Positions 28,616-36,633 of a stretch of 64,000 nt of DNA are shown here, piece by piece. Each line of letters starts with the position of its first letter. The stretch's first letter is position 1. This DNA is from Streptosporangiaceae bacterium (GTDB taxonomy: Bacteria > Actinomycetota > Actinomycetes > Streptosporangiales > Streptosporangiaceae). The stretch is taken from contig DATJNX010000078.1 in assembly GCA_035507615.1 (NCBI GenBank), positions 31,244 to 95,243 of the forward strand. Direction: 5' to 3'. Position numbers and translations under genes: made by a program. The notes below the pieces were generated by a model. It had not been told where the DNA came from and searched no databases. It was given only the letters and a program-made list of their open reading frames with translations.

Positions 28616-29427
28616 GCGACTGCGCGGCCGTAAACGTTCTCGTCCAGCCAGGCCGTGAACCGCTGCCTGTCCCGCGAGATCGAGTCCCAGGCCTGGTAGA
28701 AGTCGTTGTCGCGGGCCGAGTAGCCGAGCGCGTAGGACGGGTGCGCGCCGCCGGGAACGGCTGCTACGAAGCTGATAGCCCACCACGGCAGTACCACGGC
28801 GCCAGGACGCGGATCAAGTGAGTCCACGATCTCCTCGACCGTGACGACCGATCGGCTCGAAGCCAGGACCGCCTCTTTCTGCACGCCGCTGATGCCCCAG
28901 TACTGCACGTTTCCTTGCTTGTCAGCGCGTTGGGCATGGATAACCGCAACGTCGGGGGCAAGCGCGCTCACCGCGGTCAGGGTTTCACCGGTGAACGGGC
29001 AGACGATGTCAGCGACGCCGGTGGTATGGGCGGGCAGGCTGGTGCCGCGATAGCCGCGCAGGATTCCGAACGGCAGGCCGGACGCGCCCGCCGCGAACCG
29101 GTTGGCCATCCCGGCGTGGCTATGTTCCTCGAGTTCCAGCGGCTGCGGCCAGGAGTTCTGCACCGCGTCCCGGAAACGATGCAGCGACCCGACGCCAGGA
29201 TTGCCGGCCCAGGAGAAGATCAGCTTGCGTGCGCAGCCAGCGCCGATCATCTGGTCGTAGATGATGTCCGGTGTCATCCTGATCAGCGTGAGGTCGCGCC
29301 GCTGCTGCCGGATCACTTCGTGGCCGGCAGCGTGCGGGATCAGGTGCGTGAAGCCTTCCATCGCCACGGTGTCGCCGTCGCGAATGGTCGCCGAGATCGC
29401 TTCGGCTAGCGTCACGATCTCTGCCAC
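28609..29427 (-). CDS. pcaI: 3-oxoadipate:succinyl-CoA transferase subunit A
   Basis: MAEIVTLAEAISATIRDGDTVAMEGFTHLIP... is a CoA-transferase A-subunit N-terminus, in pca operon context. Confidence 0.82.
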   Translation of the reverse strand: MAEIVTLAEAISATIRDGDTVAMEGFTHLIPHAAGHEVIRQQRRDLTLIRMTPDIIYDQMIGAGCARKLIFSWAGNPGVGSLHRFRDAVQNSWPQPLELEEHSHAGMANRFAAGASGLPFGILRGYRGTSLPAHTTGVADIVCPFTGETLTAVSALAPDVAVIHAQRADKQGNVQYWGISGVQKEAVLASSRSVVTVEEIVDSLDPRPGAVVLPWWAISFVAAVPGGAHPSYALGYSARDNDFYQAWDSISRDRQRFTAWLDENVYGRAVAC

Positions 29428-29498
29428 GTCCGTCCCGTCCTTAAGTCCGCTTCACGGTCACGATATCGCAAAAGCCGCTATGTGAACGCGTGTGCGTA

Positions 29499-31439
29499 CT
29501 ACGTATAGCTGTCGATTGTCGCGGCGGCGACCCCGAACGCCCGGTTAGCTGCCGGCACCCCCGCGTATACGGCCACCTGAAGCAGAACTTCAGAGATGTC
29601 GTCCGGGCCGAGGCCGTTGCGCAGCGCCGCCCGGATGTGCAGGGCCAGTTCCTCGTCGCGGCCGAGAGCCGCCAGCATCGCGATCGTAATCATGCTGCGC
29701 TCAAGCCGGGAAAGGCCAGGCCGGTTCCACAGCTCGCCCCATGCATACCTGGTGACGAAGTCCTGGAACGCCGCGGTGAAGTCGGTAGTTTTGGCCGCGA
29801 CCCGGTCAACGTAGTCATCACCGAGCACCTCGCGGCGGGTGCGCATGCCCGTGGCTGCGCGCTCGTCATCGTTCACCGGACGACGCTCCCTTCCTGTTCT
29901 GTCCGTGTTTGCACTAGCGCCGGTATCTCCTCCGGCAACTGTGTTTCCTGCGGAGCCCGCGTATCCGGTTGCGCCCGCAGCTTCAGCGCGGCCCATGGTT
30001 CCGGTACTTCTGGCCGCTGGCCTGGCGGCGCCGGGATCGTGAAGATCCCTGGCTGGTGCGCGACCGCCGTTGCCATCACCAGCTTCACCGTGTGCGGCAA
30101 GCGCGCGACCGATGAAGTCCGCGGTCGCCCCGAGGTACCCGGCCGGGTCGAGCGCGGCGGCAAGCTGACTTTCACCGATGCTGGCGGCCTGAAGCGCAGT
30201 CGCGGTCTCCGCATCGCCGAGCAACGCCTCGGCGAGCCCGGTGCCTTGTTCAGCCGCGCGGACGGCCGCGGCAGCCACCAGGTCGTGCGCGGCGAGCCGG
30301 CCGACTGCCGGCGCTAGCTCAGCCGCCACGTGCTCGGCCATGGGCAGGCCGCCGGACGCGTCCAGGTTGGCGCGCATCCGGACCGCGTCGACCTGCAATC
30401 CGGTCAGCAGCGTCGCCGTCCACGAGGCCGCGGACCCGGTCAGCCGAAGCAGATCCGACAGCGTCTCCCACTCCGCGTGCCAGGCTCCGGCGGCTCGCTG
30501 GTGCTCCTGCTCCGCCGCAGCTGCCAGCGTCGCCAGCAAGCCGGGAGCGCGCCGGGCAGAGCCGAGGATAAGCACGGACGCGACCGGATTCCGCTTTTGC
30601 GGCATGGCGGAGGACCCGCCCTGGCGCGGATCGGCGGTTCCCTCAGCCAGCTCGGCGACCTCGGTCTGCGCAAGCAGCGTCACGTCCCTCGCAACCTTGC
30701 CGGCCGCCGCGCACGCGCCGGCCAGGGCGGAAGCGAGCTGCACGATCCGCAGCCGTTCGGTGTGCCAGGGCAGCGCTGGCTCGGCCAGACCGAGCTCCTC
30801 AGCAAACAACGCGGCGACGACAGGTCCGTCCGCGCCGAGCGATGCCAGCGTGCCACCCGCGCCGCCGTACTGTATCGCCAGCCGGTGAGCACGCAGCCGG
30901 CCGAGCTCGTGCCGGGACTCGTCGATTCCTGCCACCCAGCCCGCGGCGACCAGGCCGAACGTGACCGGCACAGCTTGCTGCAGGAGCGTCCGGCCCGCCA
31001 TGACGGTGCCAGCGTGGGCGCGGGCAAGCTCGGCTGCCTTGTCTGCCGCAGTCGCCAGGTCCGCGCAGATGACGGCGATCGCCCGCTTCGCCAGCAGCAT
31101 GACAGCGGTATCGATGATGTCCTGGCTGGTCGCACCGGCATGCACAGCTGATTTCGCGTCGGCCGGCAACAGCGCAGTCAGTGCACGTACCACCGCGGGC
31201 ACAGGGTTGCCGGTAAGTGCCGCTTGCCGCCCGATCTCGGCGATGTCGAAGTGCTCTGCCCTGGCCGCGGCAGTGACTGCGGCTCCGGTGCCGGCGCCGG
31301 TGAGACCGGCTCGTTCCGCTGCCCTTGCCAGCGCCGCTTCCGCATCAAGCAGAGCCTGCAGCCAGTCCATCTCGCCCGCGCCGACGTTCCCACGGCCGAA
31401 CAGCTCGTCAAACAGGCCTTCCCGGCCGGATCCGCTCAC
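29499..31439 (-). CDS. pcaB: Fusion protein: 3-carboxy-cis,cis-muconate cycloisomerase (PcaB) plus low-complexity linker plus 4-carboxymuconolactone decarboxylase (PcaC)
   Basis: The N-terminal ~450 aa carry the fumarate-lyase signature GSSAMPQKRNP. The C-terminal ~125 aa are a CMD domain (RREVLGDDYVDR...YAWGELWNRPGLSRLERSMITIAML...EVLLQVAVYAGVPAA). A ~70-aa Gly/Ala-rich linker joins them. Confidence 0.85.
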   Translation of the reverse strand: MSGSGREGLFDELFGRGNVGAGEMDWLQALLDAEAALARAAERAGLTGAGTGAAVTAAARAEHFDIAEIGRQAALTGNPVPAVVRALTALLPADAKSAVHAGATSQDIIDTAVMLLAKRAIAVICADLATAADKAAELARAHAGTVMAGRTLLQQAVPVTFGLVAAGWVAGIDESRHELGRLRAHRLAIQYGGAGGTLASLGADGPVVAALFAEELGLAEPALPWHTERLRIVQLASALAGACAAAGKVARDVTLLAQTEVAELAEGTADPRQGGSSAMPQKRNPVASVLILGSARRAPGLLATLAAAAEQEHQRAAGAWHAEWETLSDLLRLTGSAASWTATLLTGLQVDAVRMRANLDASGGLPMAEHVAAELAPAVGRLAAHDLVAAAAVRAAEQGTGLAEALLGDAETATALQAASIGESQLAAALDPAGYLGATADFIGRALAAHGEAGDGNGGRAPARDLHDPGAARPAARSTGTMGRAEAAGATGYAGSAGNTVAGGDTGASANTDRTGRERRPVNDDERAATGMRTRREVLGDDYVDRVAAKTTDFTAAFQDFVTRYAWGELWNRPGLSRLERSMITIAMLAALGRDEELALHIRAALRNGLGPDDISEVLLQVAVYAGVPAANRAFGVAAATIDSYT

Positions 31440-31566
31440 CCGACCAATGATTGCGTGATGCCGCGCCCCGCGTCAGCCAACCCCGGCCGGCGCGACATTC
31501 AACGACTGCACAGGCGGCACGCGCCATGCACGAGAGACGGCGCATCACCGCGTTACCGTAGGTGCC

Positions 31567-32532
31567 GTGCACGAACTGGCCGACTCCATAGCAGTTCAGT
31601 CGAATCAGGCTGCACTGCGGCAGCGGCTGGCCGCGGACGGGTACTTGTTCTTCCGCCGCTTGCTCCGGCCCGCCGATGTCCAGGCCGCCTACGACAGCGT
31701 CCGCACCGAGCTGAGCCTCGGCGGCTGGACCGACAGCGCGGGACGTCCGGTCGGGCCACAGCGGGCAGTCACCGTCCGCGACGGGCTTGGCGATCCGTCG
31801 TTCCGGGCCGCGCTGGCCAGCCGCGCCCTTAACCGGCTGGCCTACCTGCCGCCCCTTCGCGGCCTGATCCGGCTGATCCTCGGCACGGGCGCGTTCAGTT
31901 ACCCGGTGAAGGTGCTGCGCGTCGTCTATCCGGAGTCCCCGCTGAAGATCAACCCGCTGAAGATCAGCCAGCTGAAGGGCACTCAGCTGAAGGTCCCGAA
32001 GGGCCGGTACGTCCACCAGGACTTTGCCGTCGCTGGCGTGCAGGACATGCTTACCACCTGGCTGCCACTCATGGATATCCCAGCGCCGCTCGGCGGCCTC
32101 GCCGTGCTGCCGGGCAGCCATCTCGGGCCGCCGCTGCGGCCGCAGCTGCTGCGCGCCGACGAGCCCCGCTGGGCTACCACCGATTACCGGCCTGGCGACG
32201 TCCTGCTGTTCCATTGCCTGACGGCACACGCGGCCCTGCCCAACCACGGCGACCTTCTCCGCGTCTCTGCCGACTTTCGGTGGCAGGCAGCCGACCAGTC
32301 AGCGCCTTCCGAGCTTGTTCTAGGCCCGGCTGCTGCATCCGGACGGCGCGCCCGGCACGCCGAGCTGTACGGCCGGCTGCTTAGCCGCGAGCCCTGGTGG
32401 GAGCCAGTTCCGGCCGGCCTGATGCTGTACTCCCGGGAGCAACTCCTGGCCGCGCCCCTAGCCCCGTCCCGGCTCTTCCAGGTGCATCCCGGCTGGCAGC
32501 GCTGGCGCCCCCCGGCCGGTGCGGTTCATTGA
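31567..32532 (+). CDS. Phytanoyl-CoA dioxygenase (PhyH)-family Fe(II)/2-oxoglutarate oxygenase with internal pentapeptide-repeat insertion
   Basis: N-terminus LRQRLAADGYLFFRRLL is typical of PhyH proteins. HQD (candidate HxD) and a later H in FHCLTAHAALPN are present. GTG start. Confidence 0.7.
   Translation: MHELADSIAVQSNQAALRQRLAADGYLFFRRLLRPADVQAAYDSVRTELSLGGWTDSAGRPVGPQRAVTVRDGLGDPSFRAALASRALNRLAYLPPLRGLIRLILGTGAFSYPVKVLRVVYPESPLKINPLKISQLKGTQLKVPKGRYVHQDFAVAGVQDMLTTWLPLMDIPAPLGGLAVLPGSHLGPPLRPQLLRADEPRWATTDYRPGDVLLFHCLTAHAALPNHGDLLRVSADFRWQAADQSAPSELVLGPAAASGRRARHAELYGRLLSREPWWEPVPAGLMLYSREQLLAAPLAPSRLFQVHPGWQRWRPPAGAVH
31939..31998 (+). repeat. 15-bp in-frame tandem repeat x4 (PLKIN PLKIS QLKGT QLKVP)
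   Basis: ccgctgaagatcaac / ccgctgaagatcagc / cagctgaagggcact / cagctgaaggtcccg. Confidence 0.9.
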
Positions 32533-32631
32533 CTTCCACGGTTCGTTAAAGCTCACTCTACAAATTGCAATCAGGGTATTTAATCGGCCTCCACGCCGTT
32601 CGCAGCGAGCCGGCTGGCCGAGGAGGAAGCT

Positions 32632-33624
32632 GTGCGCAGATTGGCAGCACGAGCCGGAGCAGCCGGGCTGGCAGCTACTCTCACACTCATCGGGGCAGCG
32701 GCGAGCGCCGACGCCGCGACCCAGACGGGAACAACGACCTGGCGCGTGGTTCACAAGGTATCGGTAGCCGACTCCTTCACCGGTATCGCCGCAACCGGGC
32801 CCCGGCACGCATGGACGATTTTTAGCCGGGGTGCGGTCAGGTCCCTGCTGAGCTTCAATGGCCATCGGTGGCAGACCGTCCGGGCACTGCCGAGCGGCCT
32901 GGTTCCGGAATTCCTGGCGGCTTCTGCACCGGACAACATCTGGGTGTTCGGTGCCATGAACGGCGTGGAGTGGACAGCGGCGTCCCGCTGGAACGGAACG
33001 TCATGGCAGCAGGACAACCTGCCGGCCGGGGCCGGATACGGAACGGTGGCCGTGGTTTCAGCATCGGAGGTCTGGTATGCCTCCGGCAGCTCTGTCTGGC
33101 GATGGAACGGCTCGAGCTGGCTCTCCAGTTCGAGCGAACCCGACGTCAGTGTGGCCTCAGCGCCAGGCGGGCAGGTCTGGCAGGTCGGCAGAAGCCCGGC
33201 CGCCGGCCGCCATTCGGTCCTTGTCGCTCGCCGGTGGAGCGGAAACGCCTGGCACTCGGTGCGCGTGCCGCATACCGTTCTCACCGCCGCGCCGCAGGTG
33301 AGCGTCGCCTCCGGGCGCGATGTCTGGATCCTGGTGACCGAACGCGGCAGCGACCCCTATCGGCTGCTGCACTGGCACGGGCGTGGCTGGCAAACGATCA
33401 GAGTTCCGGCCCAGATGACGACCGAGAGTCAGTTTGCCGCCGTCACCGCCGTCGGCCGGGACGGCGCCTGGTTCAGCGGCACCGGCCTCTGGACTGGACG
33501 AAAGTGGCTCGCCGCGCAGCCGCCACTCTATGACGGCGGGGACACCTCGATCACCGGAGTACCTGGAACCAGCGCTGCGTTCGCCACCGTCGCCTACCGC
33601 ATCTTCCAGAACGGCAAGCTCTGA
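32632..33624 (+). CDS. Secreted hypothetical protein with six W-x-G-x-x-W repeats (beta-propeller-like)
   Basis: AGGAGGAAG RBS and signal peptide MRRLAARAGAAGLAATLTLIGAAASADA. The motif recurs as FNGHRWQ, RWNGTSWQ, RWNGSSWL, RWSGNAWH, HWHGRGWQ and LWTGRKWL. Confidence 0.65.
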   Translation: MRRLAARAGAAGLAATLTLIGAAASADAATQTGTTTWRVVHKVSVADSFTGIAATGPRHAWTIFSRGAVRSLLSFNGHRWQTVRALPSGLVPEFLAASAPDNIWVFGAMNGVEWTAASRWNGTSWQQDNLPAGAGYGTVAVVSASEVWYASGSSVWRWNGSSWLSSSSEPDVSVASAPGGQVWQVGRSPAAGRHSVLVARRWSGNAWHSVRVPHTVLTAAPQVSVASGRDVWILVTERGSDPYRLLHWHGRGWQTIRVPAQMTTESQFAAVTAVGRDGAWFSGTGLWTGRKWLAAQPPLYDGGDTSITGVPGTSAAFATVAYRIFQNGKL

Positions 33625-33642
33625 CCCTTGCTAGCGGATGCA

Positions 33643-33666
33643 GTTCCCCGGCGCATAGCGGGGAAC
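33643..33666. terminator. Hairpin between convergent genes (GTTCCCC, 10 nt loop, GGGGAAC), candidate bidirectional terminator
   Basis: 7-bp perfect stem read from the sequence. Located between stop 33624 (+) and stop 33680 (-). Confidence 0.4.
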
Positions 33667-33679
33667 AACTGCGGACAGG

Positions 33680-34885
33680 TCAGTGATCTTCCAGCGCCGC
33701 GCGCAGGTCCTCGATCAGGTCGTCGGCTGACTCGATCCCGACGGACAACCGGACCAGGTCGCCGGGCACCTCAAGCGCTGAGCCTGCCACCGAAGCGTGC
33801 GTCATCCGGGCCGGATGCTCGATCAGGGACTCGACCCCGCCGAGCGACTCGCCGAGGGTGAACAGGCGGGTGCGCCCGCAGATCGCGACTGCTTCCGCGG
33901 CACCGCCGCGCGCCCTGAAGGACACCATCCCGCCGAACCCGCGCATCTGCTTCGCCGCTACCTCATGCCCTGGATGTGCCGGCAACCCCGGATAGAAGAC
34001 CTGGCTGACGCCAGGATGTCCGGCCAGCATGTCGGCAATGCGCTGCGCGTTTAGGCAATGCCGGTCCATCCGCACGGCCAGGGTCTTGGCGCCGCGGAGC
34101 GTCAGCCAGGCGTCGAACGGGCCGGGCGCCGAGCCAGTCGCGTTCCGCAGGAAATAGAGCTGCTCGCCCAGGTCATGATCGGCGCCACGGTCGGAGCCGG
34201 CAACCACGACGGCCCCGCCGACGACGTCGGAGTGACCGCCGACGTACTTGGTCGTCGAGTGCACGACCACGTCGGCGCCAAGCGACAGCGGCTGCTGGAG
34301 GTACGGCGAGGCGAACGTGTTGTCCACCACGAGCATCGCGCCGGCATCGCGGCACAACTGGGCGAGCAAAGCGATGTCGGCGATGCCGAGCATCGGGTTG
34401 GTCGGCGTCTCGACCCAGACCAGGCGTACCGGACGCTCGGCGAGAGCGGCCCGCACGGCCACCGGGTCCGACATGGGCACCGGCCGGTAGCTGATGCCCC
34501 ATCTGGTGAGCACCTTGTCGAACAGCCGGAAGGTTCCGCCATAGGCGTCGTCCGGGATCAGCACGCGGTCGCCGGGCTGGCACACTGCTCGCACCAGGCA
34601 GTCAGATGCCGCCATCCCGGACGCGAACGCCAGGCTGCGCGCGCCGTCCTCAAGCGCGGCAAGGCATTCCTCGAGTGCACCGCGGGTCGGATTATCGGTC
34701 CGCGAGTACTCATAGCCGTCAATCCAGCGTGCGGCCGCGCCGAGTTCTTTGCCGCGCAGCCCGCCGACGCCGTCCTGTTTATACGTCGAGACCTGGTAAA
34801 TCGGTGGCACGACCGCACCAGTAGCCGGATCGGGATCCTGGCCGGCATGGATCGCCAGGGTTTCGAACGCATCGCGGCTGTGCAT
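33680..34885 (-). CDS. metB: Cystathionine gamma-synthase/gamma-lyase (Cys/Met-metabolism PLP enzyme)
   Basis: HSTTKYVGGHSDVVGG PLP-lysine motif and N-terminal FETLAIHAGQDPD. Adjacent to cbs, as in mycobacteria. Confidence 0.88.
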   Translation of the reverse strand: MHSRDAFETLAIHAGQDPDPATGAVVPPIYQVSTYKQDGVGGLRGKELGAAARWIDGYEYSRTDNPTRGALEECLAALEDGARSLAFASGMAASDCLVRAVCQPGDRVLIPDDAYGGTFRLFDKVLTRWGISYRPVPMSDPVAVRAALAERPVRLVWVETPTNPMLGIADIALLAQLCRDAGAMLVVDNTFASPYLQQPLSLGADVVVHSTTKYVGGHSDVVGGAVVVAGSDRGADHDLGEQLYFLRNATGSAPGPFDAWLTLRGAKTLAVRMDRHCLNAQRIADMLAGHPGVSQVFYPGLPAHPGHEVAAKQMRGFGGMVSFRARGGAAEAVAICGRTRLFTLGESLGGVESLIEHPARMTHASVAGSALEVPGDLVRLSVGIESADDLIEDLRAALEDH

Positions 34886-34979
34886 AAAGCGCTCCTTTGC
34901 GCTGCGAAGATCTTCACCTGAGGCGGCGATCGAGGACAGGCAATTTCAGGCCGGGAACGTGCACTTTCCGGTCGCGCCC

Positions 34980-36374
34980 TTATCCCGCTTCGCCGGACAG
35001 GAACGTCAGAACGTCTTGCCTGGTAATGACGCCGGCCGGCTTGCCGTCGATCAGCACCACGGCGGCACCCGCGGCGCCGAGGGCGCGGGCCGCCGCGCTG
35101 ACCGGCTCGCCAGAGCCTATCGACGGCAGTGGTGGCGACATCAGGCCGGCTACCTGGTCGTCGGGCGCCGCCTTGCCGGTGACCAGCGCGTCCAGCAGGT
35201 CGTGCTCCACGATCGAGCCGACCACCTCGGCTGCCATGACTGGCGGTTCGGCGCTCAGAACGGGCAACTGCGACACATCGAAATCGCGCAGGCTGGCGAT
35301 CACGTTGCGGACGGTGTCGGTAGGGTGCGCATGCACGAACGCGGGCAGCGACGATCCGGCCTTGCGCTCAAGCACGTCACCCACCAGAGGCTCAGTCGTC
35401 TCCTCGGTGAGGAAGCCGTAGTCGGCCATCCACTCATCGTTGAAGATCTTGGCCAGGTATCCGCGGCCGCCGTCGGGCAGCAGGACCACGATCACATCGT
35501 CCGGCCGGGCATCCTTGGCAACGCGGAGCGCGGCTACCACGGCCATGCCACACGAACCGCCGGTCAGCAGTGCCTCCTCGCGTGCCAGCCGGCGGGTCAT
35601 CAGGAATGACTGAGCGTCGCTCACAGCGATGATCTGGTCGCAGATGTTCTTGTCGTAGGTCTCCGGCCAGATATCCTCGCCGACACCCTCGACCAGGTAC
35701 GGACGGCCGGTCCCGCCGGAGTAGACGGAGCCTTCGGGATCGGCGCCGATGATCTTCACCCGGCCGCCGGAAACCTCCTTGAGGAACCGGCCAGTACCAG
35801 AGATCGTGCCGCCGGTACCGATCCCGGCAACGAAGTGGGTAATCCGGCCGTCGGTCTGCGCCCAGATCTCCGGGCCGGTGGAAAGATAGTGGGACTCCGG
35901 ATTCTCCCGGTTCGCGTACTGGTTCGGCTTCCAGCCGCCGGGCGTCTCGGCGGCCAGGCGGTCGGAGACCGAGTAATAGGAGTCGGGGTGGTCCGGCGAG
36001 ACCGTGGTCGGGCAGACCACCACCTCCGCGCCGTAGGCGCGCAGCACGTTGATCTTGTCCTGGCTGACCTTGTCCGGGCAAACGAACAGGCAGCGGTAGC
36101 CCTTTTCCTGGGCCACGATAGCGAGCCCGATGCCGGTGTTCCCCGAGGTGGGTTCGACGATCGTGCCGCCTGGCTTGAGTGCGCCGGACTTCTCCGCAGC
36201 CTCCACCATCCGCAGCGCGATCCGGTCTTTCACCGATCCGCCGGGGTTGAAGTACTCCACCTTGGCCAGCACAGTCGGCCCTGCGCCGTCGCCCGGCAGG
36301 CCGCGGGTCACTTTGCGCAGCCGGACCAGCGGAGTGTTCCCGACCAGATCGATCAGGGAGTCGTGCACCTGCAT
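34980..36374 (-). CDS. cbs: Cystathionine beta-synthase (PLP domain plus tandem CBS domains)
   Basis: 464 aa. LIDLVGNTPLVRL...EYFNPGGSVKDR...SGNTGIGLA, then a CBS pair at the C-terminus. Confidence 0.9.
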   Translation of the reverse strand: MQVHDSLIDLVGNTPLVRLRKVTRGLPGDGAGPTVLAKVEYFNPGGSVKDRIALRMVEAAEKSGALKPGGTIVEPTSGNTGIGLAIVAQEKGYRCLFVCPDKVSQDKINVLRAYGAEVVVCPTTVSPDHPDSYYSVSDRLAAETPGGWKPNQYANRENPESHYLSTGPEIWAQTDGRITHFVAGIGTGGTISGTGRFLKEVSGGRVKIIGADPEGSVYSGGTGRPYLVEGVGEDIWPETYDKNICDQIIAVSDAQSFLMTRRLAREEALLTGGSCGMAVVAALRVAKDARPDDVIVVLLPDGGRGYLAKIFNDEWMADYGFLTEETTEPLVGDVLERKAGSSLPAFVHAHPTDTVRNVIASLRDFDVSQLPVLSAEPPVMAAEVVGSIVEHDLLDALVTGKAAPDDQVAGLMSPPLPSIGSGEPVSAAARALGAAGAAVVLIDGKPAGVITRQDVLTFLSGEAG

Positions 36375-36576
36375 TGTGTCGCCGCCTTCTGGCTCATTTG
36401 TCCGGTATCAGGGGCGCACCGCGCAACCCGGCAGCTCTGGCCGGCCGCGACCGGGCCAGGACCTTTTGTCAGCAAGAACGTTCCTAGGTAACCGACGCTA
36501 CCGGACCACCAGACCGGCCTGGGTTAGCAGCAGGGAAGCAGGGGATGGCAGGATCTGTTGCATAAACTACCGTCGA

Positions 36577-36596
36577 GTTAACTAACGGGGTTAACT
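36577..36596. promoter_or_regulatory. Two GTTAACT motifs (palindromic GTTAAC cores) 13 bp apart upstream of the thiolase gene (candidate operator)
   Basis: GTTAACT at 36577-36583 and 36590-36596, 38-57 nt upstream of ATG 36634. This is an AT-rich motif in a GC-rich genome. Confidence 0.3.
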
Positions 36597-36633
36597 GACA
36601 GGGTCAGCTGGGACAGTCTCGCAGGGAGCGATC

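Noticed and set aside
29490-30317. 275-aa ORF on the + strand.
   Set aside because: It is antisense to the PcaC/linker part of the pcaB-pcaC fusion, a shadow ORF.
36375-36560. Possible SAM-type (SAM-IV-like) riboswitch in the cbs 5' leader.
   Set aside because: A few short similarities (GGTGCGCCCC...TGATACC) and a CTGGCC/GGCCAG hairpin exist. However, I could not reproduce the conserved core or helix order by eye. It needs an Infernal scan (SAM-IV, SAM-I and related Rfam models) before any claim.
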